Positions 18,533 to 27,852 of a stretch of DNA of 64,000 nt are shown here, in pieces. Every line of letters begins with the position of its first letter. The first letter of the stretch is position 1. The stretch lies in contig CAWELD010000010.1 of assembly GCA_963809895.1 (NCBI GenBank), forward strand, positions 64,001-128,000, written 5' to 3'. Below the pieces are notes generated by a model, which made no database searches, was not told the origin of the DNA, and was given only the letters and a program-made list of their open reading frames with translations. Source of the stretch: an uncultured Gemmatimonadales bacterium (lineage in GTDB: Bacteria > Gemmatimonadota > Gemmatimonadetes > Longimicrobiales > Gaopeijiaceae). The translations under genes were made by a program, and so were the position numbers.

Positions 18533-21141
18533 GGAGGGCGTGGGCGGCCGCGCTGGCCACGGGGGCGGTCGTCGCGGCGCCTCCGGTGGGAGCGCAGCAA
18601 CCGTCGTCCCTGCTGGAGCGCCCCGCACGGCTCACGCTCGCGTCGGCCTCGCTGGAGGAAGCGCTGGGCTCGCTGCAGAGAAGCTCGGGCGTGAGCCTGG
18701 CCTACAGTCCGGACCTGCTGCCCGGCGACCGGCGGGTGGCGTGCCCCTGCGCGGATGCCACGGTAGCTGCGGCGTTGGACCGCCTCCTGGCTGGGACCGG
18801 GCTCGGATACCAGGCCCGTGGAAGGCGCATCCTCATCGCACCCGCCCCCGCATCGGCATCCCCCCGAGGCGAGGACGGGCTGGCGCTCACGGGGCTCGTG
18901 GTGGACGCCGAGGGTGGCCGGCCCGTGGCGGCGGCCGATGTCGTGCTCACCCCGGGCGACCGCCGTGGGCTCACCACCGGTGACGGCCGCTTCGTCTTGG
19001 CGGGACTGACTCCGGGACGGTACGAGGTGCAGGTGTCGGCGTTGGGGTTCCAGGCCGCGACCGTGTCGGTGGAGCTCGGGTCGAGCGCGGAGCCGGTACC
19101 CATCGCCCTGGAGCGGGCGCCCCTCGAGTTGGACGAGATCGTCATCTCGCCCGGGAGCTTCGGCGTGCTGGAGGTGAATCCCGCAGCCAGCGGAGTGGCG
19201 GTGAGCCGCGAGGACATCGAAGCCATTCCCCAGCTCGGCGACGACGCGTTTCGTACCCTCAAGCGCATGCCCGGCGTGTCCACGGACGACGTGTCGGCGC
19301 GCCTGAACGTGCGCGGTGCGTCGGACCGCGACCTGGTGGTGCGCCTGGACGGCATCGAGCTGTACGAGCCGTACCACCTGCGCGACGTGGACGGCGCGCT
19401 GGGCATCGTCGACGTGCAGTCGCTGGGCAGCGTGAACCTGGTCACCGGGGGATTCCCGGCGGACTACGGCGGGGGCATGGCGGGCGTGTTCGACATGCGC
19501 ACGCGCACCCCGCCGCCCACGGGCTCACGCACCACGGTGAGCCTCAGCCTGAGCTCGCTCTCCTACAACGGCCAGGGCCGCTTCGCCGGCGACCGGGGCC
19601 AGTGGCTGGCCTCGCTCCGTCGTGGGTTCCTTCAGTACGTGCTGTCGGTCTCGGGCGTGGACGACGACCTGAGGCCCACCTACTGGGACGCGCTGGGCAA
19701 GGTGCGCTACCTGCTCTCCGACCGTCATGCCCTGTCGGCCGAGGTGCTGTGGGCCGGCGACGGGCTCACCTGGCGGAACGAGGACAGCGATGCGGCCATC
19801 GGCAGTGATTGGACCAACGGCTACGGCTGGCTCACCTGGGAGGGCGACCTGACGCCGAGGCTGCGAGCCGACGCCACGGTGTCGGTCGGACACATGAGCC
19901 GGCACCGGCTCGGAGACGTGACCGATGCGGGCCGGGAGGCCTTCAGCCCGGTTTCGGCGCACATCGACGACCGGGCCTCCTTCGACTTCGCCGGGGTGCG
20001 GCAGGGCTGGGAGGCCGACATCGCCGGAGCGCTCCTCCTGCGGGCCGGGTGGGAGTACCGCGCCAGCTCCGGCCAATACGCGTACAGCTCGCGGGCGGGC
20101 TACTACGACGTGGACACCGACGGACACATCGTGGTGCGACCGGTGGCCGAAGACCACGTGTTGACGCCCGATGGCAACGAGCTGGGTGCGTGGACGGCGC
20201 TCCGCGGCCGGGCGCCCGGTGGGGTCACCTGGGAGGGCGGCCTCCGCTTCGATCGCCAGTCCCTGACCGGCGAACACCAGCTCTCGCCCCGTCTGCTGAT
20301 GCGCTGGGATCTGGACGGGTCTACGACGCTGCGAGGCACCTGGGGTCGTTACGGCCAGGCACAGGAGCTTCACGAGCTCTCCATCGAGGACGGTGAGATC
20401 CGATACAGTGACGCGGAGACCGCGGACCAGGTGGCTCTCGGGCTGGAGCGCTCCTTCGGCGCGGGCGTCACGGCGCGGGTGGAGGTCTACCGTCGTGGGG
20501 TCCCCCGGCCTCGCCCCGTGTTCGTGAATCTCTCGCGAGCGGTGAATCCCCTGTACGAGGTGCAGGCGGACCGACGGCGTCTGGATCCGGACCGGGCCCG
20601 GGCGCGCGGGCTGGAGGTGTTCGTGTCGCGCGAAGGGACGGGGCGGTGGAGCTGGTCCGCCAGCTACGCGCTGGCGAGCTCGGAGATGCGCGTCGAGGAC
20701 GCGTGGATTCCCCGGACGCTGGACCAGCGGCACACGCTGGGGTTGTTCGCGGCCTACAGGCTGGGGGATCGTTGGCAGGTGAGCGGAACCTGGCAGCTCC
20801 ACACCGGTTGGCCCTACACCGCGCAGTATCTCGACCTCGTGGTGGACGAAGGAGGCGAAGGCGAGCCGACGGTGGAGCTGGTGCGGCGGGAGTTCGGCCC
20901 ACTGAACGCCCAGCGGCTACCGCCGTACCACCGGCTGGATGTGCGGGTCACGCGGGGGTTCGTCGTGCGCCGCAGCCGGCTCGAAGTGTTCCTGGACGTA
21001 TTCAACGCCTACAACCGCACGAACCTGCGAGGCTACGAGTGGACGCTCCGGAAGCGAGGCGATCTCTACTCCGTCCGTCGGGAGACCGGAGAGGAGCAGC
21101 TGCCGATTCTCCCGACGCTGGGATTTCGCTGGGTGTTCTGA
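18529..21141 (+). CDS. TonB-dependent receptor with N-terminal signalling (STN) and carboxypeptidase-regulatory-like domains
   Basis: GTG overlapping the fecR stop; STN-like LEEALGSL; plug (PGV...VRG...LDG); barrel ending GFRWVF. Confidence 0.92.
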   Translation: MRRAWAAALATGAVVAAPPVGAQQPSSLLERPARLTLASASLEEALGSLQRSSGVSLAYSPDLLPGDRRVACPCADATVAAALDRLLAGTGLGYQARGRRILIAPAPASASPRGEDGLALTGLVVDAEGGRPVAAADVVLTPGDRRGLTTGDGRFVLAGLTPGRYEVQVSALGFQAATVSVELGSSAEPVPIALERAPLELDEIVISPGSFGVLEVNPAASGVAVSREDIEAIPQLGDDAFRTLKRMPGVSTDDVSARLNVRGASDRDLVVRLDGIELYEPYHLRDVDGALGIVDVQSLGSVNLVTGGFPADYGGGMAGVFDMRTRTPPPTGSRTTVSLSLSSLSYNGQGRFAGDRGQWLASLRRGFLQYVLSVSGVDDDLRPTYWDALGKVRYLLSDRHALSAEVLWAGDGLTWRNEDSDAAIGSDWTNGYGWLTWEGDLTPRLRADATVSVGHMSRHRLGDVTDAGREAFSPVSAHIDDRASFDFAGVRQGWEADIAGALLLRAGWEYRASSGQYAYSSRAGYYDVDTDGHIVVRPVAEDHVLTPDGNELGAWTALRGRAPGGVTWEGGLRFDRQSLTGEHQLSPRLLMRWDLDGSTTLRGTWGRYGQAQELHELSIEDGEIRYSDAETADQVALGLERSFGAGVTARVEVYRRGVPRPRPVFVNLSRAVNPLYEVQADRRRLDPDRARARGLEVFVSREGTGRWSWSASYALASSEMRVEDAWIPRTLDQRHTLGLFAAYRLGDRWQVSGTWQLHTGWPYTAQYLDLVVDEGGEGEPTVELVRREFGPLNAQRLPPYHRLDVRVTRGFVVRRSRLEVFLDVFNAYNRTNLRGYEWTLRKRGDLYSVRRETGEEQLPILPTLGFRWVF

Positions 21142-21269
21142 CGCCCCCCATGGCGGACCCAGGCCCGAGTTCCCGTTTCATGACGTAGATCCTTCCGGGT
21201 CGCGGGGGCGGGCACGTGGCCTGGCCCGACCGGGAGGCGAGCGCCGTGGAGGGTGCTGCCGTGGACGTC

Positions 21270-21815
21270 ATGAACGGGCGCGGGATCAGTTGCTTCGGGC
21301 CGAGGGCGTCGGCCCTTCTCCTGGCATTGGCCGTGGCAGTCGGCTGCGGAAGCGGTGATGCGGACGCGGCTCGAGCCGAACAGGCGCCAGCCGCCGATCG
21401 CCAGGAGGCCGGCCCACCGGTCGCCACCCTGACCCTGGGCGATGCGTCGTACAGCTTTCCCACCGCCTCGTGTGATCTCGCCGACAGTCAGGGCACCGGC
21501 ATGCTGGTGCGCGCCCGGGGCAAGGCCCCGGACGGTCGGAGTACCACCCTGGAGGTCGAACGGCTGAAGCGGGGGGACACCGTGCACGAGACGGTGGGTC
21601 TCACGGTGGGGAACCGCATGACCGGGGAGTACTGGACCGCGCGCGCCGACGGATGGCCCGACGGGCGCTGGGTCGTTCCGGGCCCGGGGGGAGCGACGCT
21701 GGAGGGTCGCCTGATCGTGGTGTCCGGCACGACCGTGACGGCCGAGGGCGCCTTCAGCCAGGAGAAGACCGAGGGCTCCAGGTCGGGATCGCTACGCGTG
21801 GACTGCGGAGGGTAG
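21270..21815 (+). CDS. Hypothetical lipoprotein
   Basis: Lipobox AVGC; beta-rich; two additional Cys. Confidence 0.6.
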   Translation: MNGRGISCFGPRASALLLALAVAVGCGSGDADAARAEQAPAADRQEAGPPVATLTLGDASYSFPTASCDLADSQGTGMLVRARGKAPDGRSTTLEVERLKRGDTVHETVGLTVGNRMTGEYWTARADGWPDGRWVVPGPGGATLEGRLIVVSGTTVTAEGAFSQEKTEGSRSGSLRVDCGG

Positions 21816-21838
21816 CCGGCGACGCCGTGGACGAGGCC

Positions 21839-23704
21839 TCACGGCCCGCCCTCCACGAAGAGCGCGTGCCACATATGCATGCCCACCACCGCGGCGAGGA
21901 TGGGCCCCAGGCCCTCGGACGCGTTCCGGAGCTCCCGCACCGCCCTGGGGTCGAAGTAGCCGCAGGCGCGTACGCGCTCCTCGGATAGCAGTTCATGGAC
22001 GAAGTCGGGAGGATCGCCCCACTCGGCCTGCCATACGGGATCGGGGGTGCGAATGCCCTTCTTGCGTCGCCACGTGATCTCAGCCGGCAGGTAGGGCTCG
22101 ACGGCCTTCCGCAGCATGTGCTTTTCACGGGTGCGCGCCCGGAGTCGCGGTGGGATGCGCGTGCACAGCTCCACGAGCTCGTGGTCGAGGAAGGGAAGGC
22201 GAGGCTCGATGGATTCCGCCATGCTGCCCGCGTCCAGGCCCAGGTTGATGAAGCTGGGCATGCGGGTCTTGTGCTCGATGTAGAGGAGTTGCTGGAAGCG
22301 GTCCCAGCTCCCGAATCCCTCCGGCGGCATCCAGCCGTCGTCGCCTTCGTATGCCGCCTCAATGGCCGTACGGAGCTCCGGGAGCAGGAGCGGGCGCAGC
22401 CCGGGCCATCCCGACCACTGAAGTGCCGCGAAGCGCCGAGGCGTGAGCTCCGTGGCCGTGCCGATGGCCCGGCGATCGGGAGGTGAGATGCGGGGGAGCC
22501 GGCGCGCCAGGAATCGGCGGACGGGTGCCGGCAGTCCGTAGAGGGCCTGCCAGCGCCGCTCGCGGCGATACCAGGGATAGCCCCCGAAAATCTCGTCGGA
22601 GCCCTGCCCCGTGAGCGCCACCTTGTAGCGCCCCCTCATGGCGGCCCCGAGCACGTGATACGAGAAGTGCAGCACCGCGGGCTGCTCCCGATGCCACACG
22701 CCCTCGCGGAGCCTGTCCAGGAACGTATCTCCGAAGAGGATGCGCTCTCCGGAGAGTCGGAACCCGGGAAAGAGGTCCAACGTCTTCTGGTCGCGGAGCT
22801 CGTCGTAGCGCGCGTCCTCGAACCCCAGCGAGAAGGTGGGCAGCCCGCCCTGCTCCTCGGCGGCCAGCCAGGCCACGGTGCTGGAGTCGATGCCCGGGCT
22901 CAACCATCCGGCCACGGGCACGTCGCCCCGCAGGTGGATGCGCACCGACTCGCGGAGCTTGGCCAGGATGGCCTCGGCCCACTCCCCCTCGCCGCGGGGA
23001 AGGTCGCCGGCGCGCGCCTCGCCGAAGTCCAGGTCCCACCAGAGCTCCCGGCGGGCCTCCCCGTCCTCGAACACGAGCCGCTCGCCGGGGCGCACCTGTC
23101 TGATCCCCTTCCAGAGGCTCCGGTCGAAGACGGCACCCCCGAAGTAGAGCAGGCCCGAGAGTCCTGCGGGGTCCAGGGTGCGGTCCACGGCGCCGCCGGC
23201 GAGGATGGATTTGGCCTCGGAGGCGAAGAAGAGGGATCCGTCGGCACCGATGCCGTAGTAGAGGGGCTTGATGCCCATGCGGTCGCGCGCCAGCAGGAGC
23301 CGACGGCGCCGAGCGTCCCAGAGCGCGAGGGCGAACATCCCCCGGAGCCGGGAGAGGCACCGGGCGCCCATCTCCTCGTAGAGGTGCACGATCACCTCGA
23401 CGTCGGAGTGCCCGCGAAACTCGTGGCCGCCGGCCTCCAGCTCCCGCTGCAACTCGGGAGCGTTGTAGATCTCGCCGTTGCATACGACGACGACGGAGCC
23501 GTCTTCGTTGCCAATGGGCTGATCGCCCGTCTCTGCGAGGTCCACGATGCTGAGGCGGCGCATCCCGAGGCCGATCCCCGGCGCCGTGTGAAAGCCCTCG
23601 CCATCGGGTCCGCGGTGCGCGAGGAGCCCGGTCATGCGCGCCAGGAGTGCGCGGTCCACGGCAGCCGACGGGTCTGCCGGCACGATCCCGCAGATTCCGC
23701 ACAT
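21839..23704 (-). CDS. asnB: Asparagine synthase (glutamine-hydrolysing) family amidotransferase
   Basis: MCGICG, HRGPD, RLSIVD, NGEIYN, LSPGIDSS, LTGQGSDEIFGGY, PFLDH. Confidence 0.93.
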   Translation of the reverse strand: MCGICGIVPADPSAAVDRALLARMTGLLAHRGPDGEGFHTAPGIGLGMRRLSIVDLAETGDQPIGNEDGSVVVVCNGEIYNAPELQRELEAGGHEFRGHSDVEVIVHLYEEMGARCLSRLRGMFALALWDARRRRLLLARDRMGIKPLYYGIGADGSLFFASEAKSILAGGAVDRTLDPAGLSGLLYFGGAVFDRSLWKGIRQVRPGERLVFEDGEARRELWWDLDFGEARAGDLPRGEGEWAEAILAKLRESVRIHLRGDVPVAGWLSPGIDSSTVAWLAAEEQGGLPTFSLGFEDARYDELRDQKTLDLFPGFRLSGERILFGDTFLDRLREGVWHREQPAVLHFSYHVLGAAMRGRYKVALTGQGSDEIFGGYPWYRRERRWQALYGLPAPVRRFLARRLPRISPPDRRAIGTATELTPRRFAALQWSGWPGLRPLLLPELRTAIEAAYEGDDGWMPPEGFGSWDRFQQLLYIEHKTRMPSFINLGLDAGSMAESIEPRLPFLDHELVELCTRIPPRLRARTREKHMLRKAVEPYLPAEITWRRKKGIRTPDPVWQAEWGDPPDFVHELLSEERVRACGYFDPRAVRELRNASEGLGPILAAVVGMHMWHALFVEGGP

Positions 23705-23906
23705 GAAAGGTCCTGGCTGATGGGCCCGGAGTGGAGTTGGATCCGGGGTCGCCGCGTCCGGGAAGGGGGAAGGGCGACCGGCTCAATTCACCGTCACCGG
23801 CGGCGAAAGTCAACGGCGGGAGCGCGAAAACCGGGTTCGTGAAGCACGCATCGTCGGCCCTTGGCCACGTCGCAGGCAAGGGGCGGAATCGTGTGGGTCA
23901 CGAGGC

Positions 23907-23935
23907 TTGACAGGTGCCTCGGGTTGAAGGATTCT
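23907..23935 (+). promoter_or_regulatory. Putative sigma70 promoter
   Basis: TTGACA-N17-GATTCT upstream of ATG 23958. Confidence 0.45.
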
Positions 23936-23957
23936 TCATCCCCCCCAGGCCCCCTGC

Positions 23958-25829
23958 ATGCAACTATTCAAACAGTTTCGCGAGCGCAGGATCGTTCAGA
24001 TCCTGTTGTCGTACGCCGCCGCCGGCTGGGTCGCGCTGGAGGCGGTTTCGCAGTTCGTGGAGAGGGGGGTCCTGCCGGATCTGTTCTATCTGGTCCTCCT
24101 CGTCTGGGTGATAGGCGGCGGAGCTGCGACAGCGGTCCTGGGCTGGTACCACGGCGAGAAGGGACACCAGTCCGTGACCCGGCTGGAGATCGTCCTGCTC
24201 GTGCTCGTGGGGCTGTTCACGGTTGCTGGGACCGCCAACACGATCTCGCGTGTCCGCGCGGGGCAGGCCGTGGCCTCGGCCATCGACGCCGCGTCGGGTC
24301 TCGACCCGCGGAGGCTGGCCGTGCTGTACTTCGACGACCGCTCGGCGGCCGGCGACCTCGGCTTCCTGGCCGACGGCCTCACCGAAGAGCTCATCGCCGG
24401 CCTCACCGGCGTGGGCGGCATCGACGTCGTCTCCAGCAATGGCACGGCGCAATACCGGGGCTCGGGCCTGGCGGGGGACAGCATCGCGACCCTTCTCGGG
24501 GCCGGGACCTTCGCCCGGGGCGAGATCGACCAGCGTGGCGACGAGGTCGAGGTGGATATCGCGCTGGTGGACGCGGAGAGCGGTGCCACCATCGAGCGGG
24601 GCGCCTTCACGGGTCCCATGGCGGAAGCGTCGGCTCTTCAGGCCCAACTCGCCGGCCAGATGTCGCGCCTGCTCAGGACGTGGCTGGGCGAAGAGGTCCG
24701 CCTCCGGGAGCGGCGCCTCGGCCAGGTGAACGACGCCGCCTGGATCCTGGTCCAGCGTGGGGCCCGCGCCCGGGAAGAGGCGGATGCGCTCTTCATGGAC
24801 GATGACGTCACGGGCGCGAACGGGCTCTGGGACCGGGCCGATTCACTGTACGCGTCGGCCGCCGAACAGGCCCCCCAATGGGCCGAGCCGGTGGTACGCC
24901 GGGCACGACTCGTCTACGATCGCTCGCGCTACGAGTCGGACGTGCAGGACGCGGACGACATGATGCGCGAGGCCGACGGGTTCGTCGCCGCGGCGCTGAA
25001 GCTCGAGCCCCGCAACGCCGACGCGCTGGAGATCCGGGGGACCATCAGCTATCTGCGGTGGCTCCTTTCGCTCGAACCGGATCACGACGCGGCCGAGCGA
25101 CTGCTCGAGTCCGCGGAGCAGGACCTGCGGACCGCCACGGACATCGAGCCGCTCCAGGCCAATGCGTGGAATGTCCTGGGACACCTCTACTACCAGCGCG
25201 ACGACATCGTGGAGGCCAATCTCGCGGCGCGGCGGGCCTACGAGGCCGACGCGTATCTGCGGGCCGCTCCGGACATCCTGTGGCGTCTCTGGAGCACGTC
25301 GTACGATCTCGAGAATCGGCCCCAGTCACGGCAGTGGTGCGAGGAGGGACGCCGCCGTTTTCCGGACAATTCCCGGTTCTACCAGTGCCAGATCTGGAAC
25401 ATGACGCTGGGATCGGAAGAGCCGGATGTCCAACGTGCCTGGGCGCTGGCGGACACCGCCGTGTCCCTGACTCCCGGGCCGGCGCGGCCAATGACGACCC
25501 TGGAGATGCGCGTGTTGGTCGCCGGCGCCATGGCTCGTGCGTCCGTCGACCGCGACGCGCCTCCCGCTCAACGGGACATGTTGGCCGACAGCGCCCGGGC
25601 CGTGCTCGACGGAACCCAGGCGAACAGCGAGATGGACCCCGCCGGTGATCTCCTCATGACGAAGGCATTCGTGCTGGCGTTGCTGGGAGATCACCAGGGT
25701 GCAGTGGGCCTTCTGCAGCGGTTCCTGACTTTCAATCCCGAGCGTAGAGAAGGGTTCGCCCAGCACAATCACTGGTGGTGGCGTGACCTTCGAAGTGACC
25801 CCGCGTTCCAGCGCATGATCGGAACGTAG
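23958..25829 (+). CDS. Membrane protein: three TM + TolB-N-like domain + TPR repeats
   Basis: ERRIVQILLSYAAAGW TM region; LAVLYF...ADGLTEELI; TPRs; LRSDPAFQ C-terminus. Confidence 0.85.
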   Translation: MQLFKQFRERRIVQILLSYAAAGWVALEAVSQFVERGVLPDLFYLVLLVWVIGGGAATAVLGWYHGEKGHQSVTRLEIVLLVLVGLFTVAGTANTISRVRAGQAVASAIDAASGLDPRRLAVLYFDDRSAAGDLGFLADGLTEELIAGLTGVGGIDVVSSNGTAQYRGSGLAGDSIATLLGAGTFARGEIDQRGDEVEVDIALVDAESGATIERGAFTGPMAEASALQAQLAGQMSRLLRTWLGEEVRLRERRLGQVNDAAWILVQRGARAREEADALFMDDDVTGANGLWDRADSLYASAAEQAPQWAEPVVRRARLVYDRSRYESDVQDADDMMREADGFVAAALKLEPRNADALEIRGTISYLRWLLSLEPDHDAAERLLESAEQDLRTATDIEPLQANAWNVLGHLYYQRDDIVEANLAARRAYEADAYLRAAPDILWRLWSTSYDLENRPQSRQWCEEGRRRFPDNSRFYQCQIWNMTLGSEEPDVQRAWALADTAVSLTPGPARPMTTLEMRVLVAGAMARASVDRDAPPAQRDMLADSARAVLDGTQANSEMDPAGDLLMTKAFVLALLGDHQGAVGLLQRFLTFNPERREGFAQHNHWWWRDLRSDPAFQRMIGT

Positions 25830-25898
25830 CACACCGGAGCATCTCTGCTCCTTCGCGCCTGGATCGACCGATCCAGGGCGCCCCCCGCGGAGAACAAC

Positions 25899-27773
25899 AT
25901 GAGACGTAGTACACTGAAGCGGCCGGCAAGGCTGGCCGCACTCGCCGTTGTGGGCATTGCCGGATACGGCTGCCAGGATGGTCCGGAGCCCGTGGCACCG
26001 GCTGATTGGCAGACGGATTTTCCCATCGCGGCCACGGTGATCAACGAACTGGAGGTGCCGCAGTTTCTCTGGCTCTCCCCGCTGCTGGACGGAAAGCCGG
26101 ACACCCCGTTGGCTACGGGCCTCGCCATCGACGTCGAGATCTGCAACGTGTCCGACGGGACGCCCTGCAGCCTGGAGCGCGCCAGCGAGGAGGGCAGCTT
26201 CTATGGCGCCCATTGGGACACCAGCAAGGGTGAGGACGCCAACAAGGAGTTCCGTATCACGGCCTACATGGGCGACTCCCGGATCCCCCTCGGCCAGATG
26301 AAGGTGATCCTGGACGGTGGCTCGGAGCGGGACGGCCGCACCTTTCCCATCCGTTTCTTCGCGGGCTCGGGCCTCCTGAGCGGCCAGGGCGCCGCGCTTC
26401 GGGAGTGCGTGGGGTCGGACCGTTGCGACGCCACCGGCGTGCCGTCGGGCAACGGCGGGCCCCCGGTGGTCATCCAGGCCAAGCAGAGCGACGGGAGCGT
26501 GTTGGGCCAGCTCACCATCGATCCGGCCATCGTGCCCGAGCCTCTCATCGTCATGCTGGACTGCCGCCGGCGACTGACGGGATTCGCGGCCGGAGAGGGA
26601 CCCCTTCCCACGGACCTGAGCCAGTATCCCGTCTTCTGCCACGTGGATGCGCTCAAGGAGGACGGCACGTCCTTCTCGGGCTCCCTGTCGGGTAACGCCC
26701 GCATCGACGTGTGCACGATCGACGAGACCTACGTCGACGAAGCCTACCACCCGCAGCTCGAGACGCGTCTGGGCAAGTCCAGCGGCCCCGGCAACTTCGA
26801 GATTCTGGCGGCGGTACCCTCCACGCTCACCGATTGCACGGGCGTGACCGTGCTGGCCGCCGCCGAGCCAGGACTGCTGGATGCCCTGGGATCGCGCTTC
26901 GCGTCGCTCGTGGGCGCAGTGCTTCCGCAGAAGCTCTACGCGAGCATGTTCCGCGACGGCGGAGCGGGCGGGCTTCTGAGCTCGTTCAGTGACATCAATA
27001 TCGTCGAGCCCGCGTTCATCTCGGGCTCCGTGACCGGGGCCGGCTTCGGGCTGTCCGGGGTGACGGTACAGCTCAGCGGGGGTGGGTTGCCGTCGCCGCT
27101 GTCGGCGACCACCAATGGCTCCGGTCAGTATGCGTTCACCACGCCCCTCAACGCGGCGGACGGCGGAGGGACCACCTACACCGTCACCGTGACGGGTGGC
27201 AGCATTCTGCCGGCGCAGGTGGCCGATCCGGACCAGGACGTCGTCGTCACCGGCTCCGGCGTCTATACCGCCGACTTCGCGGCGTCGGGCGTGCTCTTCG
27301 GCGGCGCTTCGCTGGCCGGCGGCTCGGGCACCGTGTTCGACTGGAGCACGGACGGAACCTCGGGGACGTCCGCGGCGCCGTTCGCCACCCCGGGCTACCC
27401 GTACTGTGGCGTGCTGGGCGACATCGTCGCGGCACCCGTGGGGACCGACGACGTCTGGCCGCTCAACACCACCATCACCCTCACGAAGCAGTTCTACGTT
27501 CCGACCGGGGTGTCGAGCCTGACCCTCACCGGTTGGGTGGACAACGACGCCAAGGTGTCCATCTACGATGCCAACCAGACCGAGACGAACATCACCGGAT
27601 CGCCGGTGGACGGCGACGGATGGAAGGTCCACGAGAACTGTGCGGACACGAATCCCCTCGTCTTCACGGCGGCGAGCGGGACCTTCACGCCCGGAGCGTT
27701 GAACACCCTGGTCATCCAGGTGCGCGACCGTGGCACGGTGGGCTACGCCGATTTCGAGTTGACGGCGAACTGA
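25899..27773 (+). CDS. Large Cys-containing surface lipoprotein with Ig-like/prealbumin-like and C-terminal beta-sandwich domains
   Basis: Lipobox GYGC; ISGSVT...SGVTVQL...TTNGSGQYAF; VDND motif. Confidence 0.7.
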   Translation: MRRSTLKRPARLAALAVVGIAGYGCQDGPEPVAPADWQTDFPIAATVINELEVPQFLWLSPLLDGKPDTPLATGLAIDVEICNVSDGTPCSLERASEEGSFYGAHWDTSKGEDANKEFRITAYMGDSRIPLGQMKVILDGGSERDGRTFPIRFFAGSGLLSGQGAALRECVGSDRCDATGVPSGNGGPPVVIQAKQSDGSVLGQLTIDPAIVPEPLIVMLDCRRRLTGFAAGEGPLPTDLSQYPVFCHVDALKEDGTSFSGSLSGNARIDVCTIDETYVDEAYHPQLETRLGKSSGPGNFEILAAVPSTLTDCTGVTVLAAAEPGLLDALGSRFASLVGAVLPQKLYASMFRDGGAGGLLSSFSDINIVEPAFISGSVTGAGFGLSGVTVQLSGGGLPSPLSATTNGSGQYAFTTPLNAADGGGTTYTVTVTGGSILPAQVADPDQDVVVTGSGVYTADFAASGVLFGGASLAGGSGTVFDWSTDGTSGTSAAPFATPGYPYCGVLGDIVAAPVGTDDVWPLNTTITLTKQFYVPTGVSSLTLTGWVDNDAKVSIYDANQTETNITGSPVDGDGWKVHENCADTNPLVFTAASGTFTPGALNTLVIQVRDRGTVGYADFELTAN

Positions 27774-27798
27774 CGGCCTGATCCAGGCCCGAGGGCTC

Positions 27799-27838
27799 GA
27801 AGCGGCCCGCCCGGCAATCCAGCCGGGCGGGCCGCTTC
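27799..27838. terminator. Bidirectional terminator hairpin between convergent genes
   Basis: GAAGCGGCCCGCCCGGC-aatcca-GCCGGGCGGGCCGCTTC, perfect 17-bp stem. Confidence 0.8.
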
Positions 27839-27852
27839 TCGTCGTGTGCCGC

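Noticed and set aside
21839..23704. Lasso-peptide cyclase / RiPP cluster
   Set aside because: Intact N-terminal Cys glutaminase domain; no precursor, B protein or RRE nearby
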